Shown here: positions 49,424 through 56,046 of the stretch, piece by piece
How the letters are laid out: the number at the start of each line of letters is the position of its first letter
Numbering within the stretch: position 1 is the stretch's first letter
DNA from: Candidatus Tayloriibacteriota bacterium
GTDB taxonomy: Bacteria > Patescibacteriota > Minisyncoccia > Phycocordibacterales > SIBU01
Assembly: GCA_016188455.1 (NCBI GenBank)
Contig: JACPHR010000007.1
Coordinates: forward strand, 1 to 56,046
Reading direction: 5' to 3'
DNA: 56,046 nucleotides
Notes under the pieces: model-generated
Database searches by the model: none
Seen by the model: only the letters and a program-made list of their open reading frames with translations
Told to the model about the DNA's origin: nothing
Translations under genes and position numbers: made by a program

Positions 49424-49975
49424 CTAATAGGTTACGCGCAAGCCGCGTTCAACATAGGTCGGATTGCCCGTATCGCAAGTGTTGTGACCGCGCGATTCAA
49501 TGGTGGTCAAGCTGAAACCATCGCCGTCAGAATCGTTTTTGGCCACCGTAACATCGGCGCAGACAGGCGCGCCTAAACTAAATGAACTGACGGCATTGCG
49601 GGTATCTCTATATCCCGGAATAGGGGTAATATTTTGCTCGGCGCAGATAATTGGAGCACCGGGCGGTGAATCGGTTGAAGTGGCAAAAGCGCCTTTCAAA
49701 TCCCAATACAGAGCGCATTCGGCGCCGGAATCGGAGGCGTAAAAAGCGCTCAGCGATTCTCGGCCGAAAGACGACAAAACGACCTCGCGAAGGGCGATGC
49801 TCCAAATGGCGACCGCCACCGAAAGCAGAACGCTGGAGGCCAGAATAGCGAACAAGAGGGCGAAGCCGCGCCGCGGCGGCGCGGCTGAATCACGAATCAC
49901 GAAGCATGAATCATGATGAGGCCTTTTTTTCTCCTTTCTTTTTCTCCTATTCATAATTCCCGATTCGTTATTCAT
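49424..49975 (-). CDS. PilX-like minor pilin
   Basis: RRG|FALLFAIL...AFYASDSGAECA; leader built from heptamer repeats. Confidence 0.8.
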   Translation of the reverse strand: MNNESGIMNRRKRKEKKRPHHDSCFVIRDSAAPPRRGFALLFAILASSVLLSVAVAIWSIALREVVLSSFGRESLSAFYASDSGAECALYWDLKGAFATSTDSPPGAPIICAEQNITPIPGYRDTRNAVSSFSLGAPVCADVTVAKNDSDGDGFSLTTIESRGHNTCDTGNPTYVERGLRVTY

Positions 49976-49999
49976 GATTCTTCATTCTTGATTCTACCC

Positions 50000-50785
50000 C
50001 TACTGCGCCGGATACCAGTTAAAAATTCTCTCATTGATGACTACGCTTTTTTGAAGCAGACCGGTTTGCCAAGACACCGTGACCGCCAGGTCGGCTTCGC
50101 CGTTTAGGTCGCTCCCGACAGCAATAGGCGTAATGATAAGCTTCCTTGTAAATATACTGTCCTGTAAATTACCGACAGGGTCGCCGTTGCCATTGTCCCT
50201 ATGGTCACCGTATATGCCAGTTGATGGATCAAAAGTGAGCTGGCAGGGTCTCAATTTGGGATTGCCCTTATCATCACAATCAATAATTCGCCCGGCATTC
50301 ACATCGATACCGCATTCAGTTGATTTCTTGCAAGTTTCCAAACCCTTCAACCAATCCCCAGTTCGGGAACGACCGATTAAATTATTGTTGTCGCGGATAT
50401 TGCGCACGTATTCAATCGCCTCTTGAGCCAGATAAAAAGCCGTTACCTGGTCCCGAGCGTAAATTGAACTGTTGAGACCGCGCTGAGCCAAAGTCAAAGG
50501 CGCCACCACCACCACCGAAAGTATGGCGATGGCCACGATGGTCTCCACAATTGAGAAGCCTCTTGCCCGATGCGAAAATTGCGAATTAGCACGCGAATGC
50601 CGCGAACGAAGAATCGGCCTTCGTGTCATTCGCATGAATTCGTATATTGGCATCGCTATTTTTTGCATGGATTCGTAGTCTCGCATCGCTTTATTTCGCG
50701 TCATTCGCGTGAATTCGCAGATTAGCATCGGTTTTTTAGCGTCATTCGCATGAATTCGCAGGTTCGTGTCGCTACTACCGCACAT
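50000..50785 (-). CDS. PilV-like minor pilin with a repeat-derived long leader; start uncertain
   Basis: ARG|FSIVETIVAIAIL...AFYLAQEAIEYVRNIRD. Confidence 0.8.
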   Translation of the reverse strand: MCGSSDTNLRIHANDAKKPMLICEFTRMTRNKAMRDYESMQKIAMPIYEFMRMTRRPILRSRHSRANSQFSHRARGFSIVETIVAIAILSVVVVAPLTLAQRGLNSSIYARDQVTAFYLAQEAIEYVRNIRDNNNLIGRSRTGDWLKGLETCKKSTECGIDVNAGRIIDCDDKGNPKLRPCQLTFDPSTGIYGDHRDNGNGDPVGNLQDSIFTRKLIITPIAVGSDLNGEADLAVTVSWQTGLLQKSVVINERIFNWYPAQ

Positions 50786-51410
50786 CCGGAACCCTCTGGG
50801 AAACAAAAGTTTGAATGTCAAAACGCGACGCGGTTCTCGCTTTGGCGCCAGCGGCGGTCAAACTGCTGACAGCGCCCCCCGCGACAATTAAGACTCTGGG
50901 TTGCTGATTGGTCGCACTGACGCCGTCAACGTAAAAGTCCAGACGGTCAATGACAATTTCCGGGGCGGTCATCGGGTCGGAAGCGGCGCCGCAAGCAATA
51001 CCTTGCTTGGCTATTCTGATGGCTCCATCGTAAAAACAGTAAGTTACCGTGTCGCCCGTCTGGTCTTTAAAAGCGATAACGTTTGAAGGGCTGCCGGAAC
51101 AATCCGACCTGCCAACCCCGCCGCACTGATAATCACTGCCCGTGCGCAGGTTGCGGGCCATGCTTTCAAGCGTCAGGCTAAGGTTGTTCATGGCGGTTTT
51201 AAGCCCTTGGGCTTTGTGGTTAGCGTCAACGACGCTCAAAAGCACCGTGGTGGTGGCGAGCATCACAAAACTGAAAAGGGCGATTGAAACAATCATCTCG
51301 ACGAGCGTGAAGCCCTTTTGGGTAGAATCGCGAATCAAGAATAAAGAATCACGAGCAGCCTCGCCGGATTTTGTCATGATTTTCGTCTTTATTCCTGATT
51401 CCTGATTCAT
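50775..51410 (-). CDS. PilW-like minor pilin
   Basis: QKG|FTLVEMIVSIALF. Confidence 0.85.
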   Translation of the reverse strand: MNQESGIKTKIMTKSGEAARDSLFLIRDSTQKGFTLVEMIVSIALFSFVMLATTTVLLSVVDANHKAQGLKTAMNNLSLTLESMARNLRTGSDYQCGGVGRSDCSGSPSNVIAFKDQTGDTVTYCFYDGAIRIAKQGIACGAASDPMTAPEIVIDRLDFYVDGVSATNQQPRVLIVAGGAVSSLTAAGAKARTASRFDIQTFVSQRVPDVR

Positions 51411-51421
51411 GATTCTTGATT

Positions 51422-52378
51422 CTATTTAATGGATATCTGCCCGCTGCCTAAAACCTTTACGCCCTTGGTCACGCCCTGAGGCGAGCTTACCGTAACAAGG
51501 GCACTCAAATAAGTTACCGCTTGGCCATTGGCGGTAATGACGGGCTCCGGGTCGGGCCGGTGGAAAACAATATCAAGACTGGCCACGGAGTCGCAAGGAT
51601 TGCCCGCGCAAAGCCCGGCGATGGAGTTGCCTTTTTCAATTTTGAAAAAACTGACGCATTCGGTGTCTGAAAGACATTCACTGCCGTCATCCCCGCCGGC
51701 TTCATAGTGCTTGTTATCGTTATTATCCACAAAAAGAATAAAATAGCCGGGGGGGCCGAAATGAACGCCGTAACTTTTATCAAAACCGGCGCTGCTGTGC
51801 TTAACGCTGATACCGTAAACCTGCGCCTGGCGGATGCCGAGCGCCACGTCGTAGGCAAGGTTGGTGATAAGAATGTTGCCGCCGAAGCGGTGCTGGCTCA
51901 CTGTTATCACGCTCATGATAACAAGAAAAATGGCTATGGAGACCGCGAGTTCCACCAGCGTAAAACCTTTTGACCGATGCGAAAAATGCGAATCGGAAGG
52001 CGAATGATGCGAATTAAGAACTCGTTTTGGTTTCAGATATGTATCTTTGAAATTTACAATGAGACCGAGTTTCAAATTAGCCCCACGTAAGTATCGCTGC
52101 ATCTGCGCATAGTCATCGTTGGTAATAAATGACTTCGCTTTTGCGTCAAGTATTATTTGGTTCTCAATCAAAAAGTCAGCGCGGTTTCCTTTGGGAGAAT
52201 TTGCGTTAAACTCAATCAACTCAAATTCGCGTTTATACAAAAAATGTTCCATTTTCAATAATTCTTCTAACCGATCGGCGTATTGTCGCTCACGACAAAA
52301 ACGGCCTAATTCTTTTTGAACTTGGAAACACAAACCGTTGATTTTATAGGATAATTCCTTGTGTATGATCTCGCTCAT
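51422..52378 (-). CDS. GxxExxY (PD-(D/E)XK-like) domain fused to a FimT/GspH-like pilin
   Basis: Residues 1-~122 include ELGRFCRERQY, ADFLIENQIILDAKA and QMQRYL...GLIVNF; then SKG138|F139TLVELAVSIAIF. Confidence 0.85.
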   Translation of the reverse strand: MSEIIHKELSYKINGLCFQVQKELGRFCRERQYADRLEELLKMEHFLYKREFELIEFNANSPKGNRADFLIENQIILDAKAKSFITNDDYAQMQRYLRGANLKLGLIVNFKDTYLKPKRVLNSHHSPSDSHFSHRSKGFTLVELAVSIAIFLVIMSVITVSQHRFGGNILITNLAYDVALGIRQAQVYGISVKHSSAGFDKSYGVHFGPPGYFILFVDNNDNKHYEAGGDDGSECLSDTECVSFFKIEKGNSIAGLCAGNPCDSVASLDIVFHRPDPEPVITANGQAVTYLSALVTVSSPQGVTKGVKVLGSGQISIK

Positions 52379-52435
52379 ATTATTTTCGCGTCTCCCTATT
52401 TCGTGTCATTCGCATGCATTCGCAGATTAGCATCG

Positions 52436-53290
52436 CTACATTGTAATCAAGGCTCCCAATCCGACAACATCAATGCCGAAAAAATATACCGCCATCAATC
52501 CCAAAATAAGGAACGGCGCGAGCGGCACCTCGCTTCTCATTGTAAGATTTTTAAGCCCGCCCCGCAACGCGGGGCGGGCAAACCCGGCCCGAGACAAGGC
52601 TGGAAGCGCCAAGAGGCAAAGGGAAACAACAGCCCCGACCCCAAACCCGAGAACCACTGCCGAGATGCCGAGGGAAAAACCCAAAAACCAGCCGATGCCG
52701 AGCGCGAGTTTGGCGTCACCGAGTCCTATCCACCTGCCGGAAGAGGCCAGCCAGAGAAGAAAAAGTGGCAGGGCGAGAATCGGACCGGCCAGTAAATCCA
52801 GAAGGTGAGGCAAACGGGCGGCGGTTGAAAATTCCGCGCTCAAAAAAAGTTTAACGAGAGAAAGAAAGCCGAACAAAAAGACCAGCCGGTCGGGAATAAT
52901 CTTGTGCCGGAAGTCGTAAACGGCAATCACGAGGAGAAGGCATAGAGAAAGTAAATTGATAGAAAATAGAAAATAGAAAATAGAAAATGTGTGAAGAGAA
53001 ACGGAAGAAGAAAACTGCCAAAAGGTGGCAGCAAAAATGAGACCAGTCAGCATCTCCACCAAGGGGTACTGAAAAGAAATTTTGCCTTTGCAATGTCGGC
53101 AACGGCCCTTGAGAAAAATAAAACTGAAAACCGGCGCGAGGTCGTGCCATTTGATGTCTTTGCCGCAGGAAAAACAGCGGGAACGGCCGTCAAGGCCCGC
53201 TCCGGTGTTGAAACGCAAAATGACGACATTTAAGAAACTGCCGACGACAGTGCCGAGAGCAAAAAAGAAAAGTGTAAGAAGAATCTGCAT
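52436..53290 (-). CDS. pilD: Prepilin peptidase
   Basis: GSFLNVVILR, RSRCFSC, GRCRHC, YD...IIPD, GLGDAKL and PLAPFL. Confidence 0.93.
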   Translation of the reverse strand: MQILLTLFFFALGTVVGSFLNVVILRFNTGAGLDGRSRCFSCGKDIKWHDLAPVFSFIFLKGRCRHCKGKISFQYPLVEMLTGLIFAATFWQFSSSVSLHTFSIFYFLFSINLLSLCLLLVIAVYDFRHKIIPDRLVFLFGFLSLVKLFLSAEFSTAARLPHLLDLLAGPILALPLFLLWLASSGRWIGLGDAKLALGIGWFLGFSLGISAVVLGFGVGAVVSLCLLALPALSRAGFARPALRGGLKNLTMRSEVPLAPFLILGLMAVYFFGIDVVGLGALITM

Positions 53291-53431
53291 GCCGTAATAA
53301 GTATACCCCCCAGCAACTTTTACGCCAAAAAGTTGGTGTGGGGGTATAGCGCAAACAAAAACCCGCGGCGACTTCGCCGCGGGCTTTTCCCCGCTTTACC
53401 GACTTTATGAACTTTAAAAACTTTCAGGCTG

Positions 53432-53950
53432 TCAAGGTGTTACGTCAAAGCACTGGTCTGGCGAGGCCGAGGTCGTGCTGTTGCAAGCAGTGGTGCCAGT
53501 CGTCAGTCCGTGAAAATCAGTCGTAGCGGCGATAGAAGTGCCGCCGCAACTGCCGGCGGCGGCCACCGTACCGGCGGCGGCGTCTGAATCATTCGTTAAA
53601 ACTGTATTGCTGCCAAGCTCGAGGGCTCCGCCCAAGTGGTAACTGTTACAGGTGGAATTTAGAGGCACATAGGCGTAGTCGGTCTGACTCACCCCTGTGG
53701 TGGGCGGTGTGGGAACAGTTGATATGTAAGTTGGAGTCAAATCGCCGAGCACCCCGGGGTATTTGCTGTTGGCGTCAAAGTAGAGCGCGAGAGCCAGCTG
53801 CAGCGACTTTACATCGGCCACCCGTTTGACATCGCGGGCTTTCTGCCGGGCGCTGTTTAAACTCGCCAAAACAACCGAGGAGAGAACGCCGACGATGGCA
53901 ATGACCACCAGCAGTTCAATTAAAGTAAAAGCTCTAGTTTGTTTATTCAT
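53432..53950 (-). CDS. Type IV pilin/GspG-like major pilin
   Basis: TRA|FTLIELLVVIAIVGVL...ARQKARDVKRVAD; start MNKQ. Confidence 0.9.
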   Translation of the reverse strand: MNKQTRAFTLIELLVVIAIVGVLSSVVLASLNSARQKARDVKRVADVKSLQLALALYFDANSKYPGVLGDLTPTYISTVPTPPTTGVSQTDYAYVPLNSTCNSYHLGGALELGSNTVLTNDSDAAAGTVAAAGSCGGTSIAATTDFHGLTTGTTACNSTTSASPDQCFDVTP

Positions 53951-54010
53951 AAAAATAGAAAAAATATTAATGCGTCCATTATACAATAGAAACGTCCGCG
54001 CTCTATCCCC

Positions 54011-54774
54011 ATATCAAGGAGACTCCTTGATATTGATATTTTCAAAATCTATCCACTCTTCTAGCATATCGCCAAAATCTGAGAACGAACCAAAATAATC
54101 AGGAAAGGAACTTGGCTCAATAATTAAACCCTCGTCCCTCCTTTGTCCAGAATAATCCTGGAAACTCGAGTACTTGTAGGAATAAAGAAATTTTTTTGCC
54201 GCAGATTTGTCTTTAAGTTTTTTCTCTTTCCAACCAACATCAACAATCCCAATCGGATTGAGATGAATGTAAGCGTATTGATACTTAAGATATTCGTCTG
54301 TGTTCAGATGTTTGGCACGGAATGGTCTATTAAACAAAGTACCCTTTCTTTTATACTTGGCATTGAAGTACATTGAATAGCCAGTCAGTAATTTCCGCAT
54401 GAAAAGACTGAGGCCGTTTCCTTGTTTCTCTTTAACAAGCAAGTGAAAGTGATTCGGCATAATGCACCACGCGCCAATATCAACAATGGTTTTTCCGCCT
54501 CTTGGAATTTCTAGCAAGGAGACTCCTTGATAATTGCTCAGGTGTATGGGTATAGAGCTGTTAGCTGTATATAAAAGAGTGGTAAATCGTTTATGATCAC
54601 CAGAGTCTAAAAAGATTTTCCTTTTTTCTACAGCTCTATCGTAGAGGTGATAATATTCATTTTCCGAAAAATTTAGATTCCTGCCCATTTCTTAATTCTA
54701 CACAAATAATCTTTTTACAGCAAGGAGACTCCTTGCCTTTGAATATCAAGGAGGAATATCAAGGAGACTCCTTG
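54011..54774. repeat. REP-like palindromes caaggag-a-ctccttg (4 copies)
   Basis: At 54015-54029, 54515-54529, 54721-54735 and 54760-54774. Confidence 0.9.
54014..54688 (-). CDS. REP-associated tyrosine transposase (RAYT, Y1 HUH)
   Basis: YYHLYDR, MPNHFHLL (HUH), YSMYFN, YIHLNP and YSSF. Confidence 0.88.
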   Translation of the reverse strand: MGRNLNFSENEYYHLYDRAVEKRKIFLDSGDHKRFTTLLYTANSSIPIHLSNYQGVSLLEIPRGGKTIVDIGAWCIMPNHFHLLVKEKQGNGLSLFMRKLLTGYSMYFNAKYKRKGTLFNRPFRAKHLNTDEYLKYQYAYIHLNPIGIVDVGWKEKKLKDKSAAKKFLYSYKYSSFQDYSGQRRDEGLIIEPSSFPDYFGSFSDFGDMLEEWIDFENINIKESP

Positions 54775-55898
54775 CTGTGTCCTCTCCACTCCTCCATTGA
54801 GCGGTAAATAAAAAGGCTGCCGAATCGGTCGTCCAGCACATCTTCCTCCTTTTTTAAAAGCCAAGCCACCGCCCAATAGACGGCAAAACCGACAAAAATG
54901 CCAGCGACCATATCAACGGCAAAGTGTTGCTCAAGATAAACCGCTCCAACAATGAGCCCCAGATACCACACGGCCGAGACGCCGCCCAATATCGGGCTTA
55001 AACTCCATAGTGCCAAAACGGCGAAAAGTCCATAAGCGGCATGCGCGCTGGGAAAACTGCTGACACTGAAAGAAACCCCCGTTGGGTCAAACCAAAAGTT
55101 ATAAAGCTCTTTCAAGTTCCTGGCTAAATAAGGACTTTGAGGAATGTTGGCCAGGGTGCTCTTTACCACAGAAACGTCTTGCCCGCCAAAATTATTTTGC
55201 CGATACATAATCTGCGGAGCAATAGCAGGAATAAACGCCCAAAACGGCAGGCAAAGGAAGCCGCTTAGAATAAAAGACAAAAGCAGAGTGCGAAAAGCTT
55301 TCGGTTTGAAGAAAAAAAGAACGGCAAAGACCAAAGACATAATCGGAGAAATCGCCTGATAAGAAAAAACCAAAAACCAGTCAAGAAAAGTGCCCGAGAA
55401 CCATTGCCGCAGATACACCGCCGGGTAGCCGTGGAAGAGACGGCTATCAAGCGCCGCGACCTGATTGGTGGCGGCAATCACCTGCTCTCTAGGCACTGTG
55501 ACAAAAATGTATCTTAGAAACAAGCTGAAAATGGCGTAGGAAACAAAGAGAAATAAAGCGAAGACCGCCAGAGAAAAAATAATCTTCAAAGCCTTCTTAA
55601 AGCGATTCCGAAAAAGCTCGCGAGAAAACAAGAAAGCGGAAAAACCGAAAATGGCAACCGTCGCCCCGTAAAAAAACGGCCCCAGAAAAAGCTGGCTGAC
55701 CGGAAAACCGCCCCGCAAACGCAGTGAAAAATCAAGAAAATCCGGTTTAACCGCCACCAGCAAAACAAAAAGAGAGACGAACCATAAAAGCAGAAAAACT
55801 TCCAGACTAAAGCTTGTGGACGTTTCTATAAAACGCGACAGAAACGGCGTCGGGGAAACGTCCCCTAACTTTGAATTGCCTTGAAATTTACTGGGCAT
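54759..55898 (-). CDS. PAP2 superfamily membrane protein (inositol-phosphorylceramide-synthase-like)
   Basis: PAIAP, SFPSAH and QHFAVD. Confidence 0.75.
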   Translation of the reverse strand: MPSKFQGNSKLGDVSPTPFLSRFIETSTSFSLEVFLLLWFVSLFVLLVAVKPDFLDFSLRLRGGFPVSQLFLGPFFYGATVAIFGFSAFLFSRELFRNRFKKALKIIFSLAVFALFLFVSYAIFSLFLRYIFVTVPREQVIAATNQVAALDSRLFHGYPAVYLRQWFSGTFLDWFLVFSYQAISPIMSLVFAVLFFFKPKAFRTLLLSFILSGFLCLPFWAFIPAIAPQIMYRQNNFGGQDVSVVKSTLANIPQSPYLARNLKELYNFWFDPTGVSFSVSSFPSAHAAYGLFAVLALWSLSPILGGVSAVWYLGLIVGAVYLEQHFAVDMVAGIFVGFAVYWAVAWLLKKEEDVLDDRFGSLFIYRSMEEWRGHSKESP

Positions 55899-55912
55899 AA
55901 ATTAAAAGGTAA

Positions 55913-56046
55913 TTAGACGGAAACGTAACCAAAATAGACGCTGATAAAGAGTTTGAATAAGTTGTCGTTTCGATGATTGAATCGGTACTCCACCTCTTTA
56001 AGATACATCGGGAAATGATATTTGGAAACCCCGCGATAATTGTAAA
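55913..56046 (-). mobile_element. IS1595-family transposase, C-terminal fragment (runs off the right edge)
   Basis: Manual translation YNYRGVSKYHFPMYLKEVEYRFNHR... Confidence 0.75.

Noticed and set aside
50623-50773. 35-nt repeats as a CRISPR array
   Set aside because: Copies are degenerate, spacing is irregular (40 and 6 nt) and the longer spacer is itself a partial repeat.

Overview
This 56 kb window is chromosomal DNA from a small-genome bacterium using the standard genetic code. The gene repertoire, short leaderless-looking promoters and repeat style suggest Patescibacteria/CPR (Parcubacteria-like); that assignment is an inference. Housekeeping genes include zwf, a split ppsA-like gene, livKHMGF, msrAB, pyrG, ftsEX, prfB, a Cu-ATPase, gatCA, ligA, a type IV pilin cluster with pilD, and six intact tRNAs. 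Main observations: (1) A complete diversity-generating retroelement at 43758-46266 with RT, an avd gene on the opposite strand, a 114-nt TR/VR pair (22 of 23 mismatches at TR adenines, 20 of them A>G) and a cytoplasmic target. (2) Two nested tRNA loci. In each, an intact tRNA sits in the loop of a palindromic element that is inserted into a multiply interrupted tRNA with the same anticodon (Thr-CGT at 32168-32455, CAT at 40407-40694). (3) A GxxExxY nuclease-like domain fused in frame as the 138-aa leader of a type IV pilin, with an empty copy of its flanking repeats in another pilin leader. (4) A recurring pattern of small genes (PaaX/Cas2-like, four-helix bundle, ArsR, RAYT) each bracketed by its own palindrome or heptamer arrays, with related motif families inserted in frame into housekeeping genes. 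All alignments were made by eye and no database searches were run.
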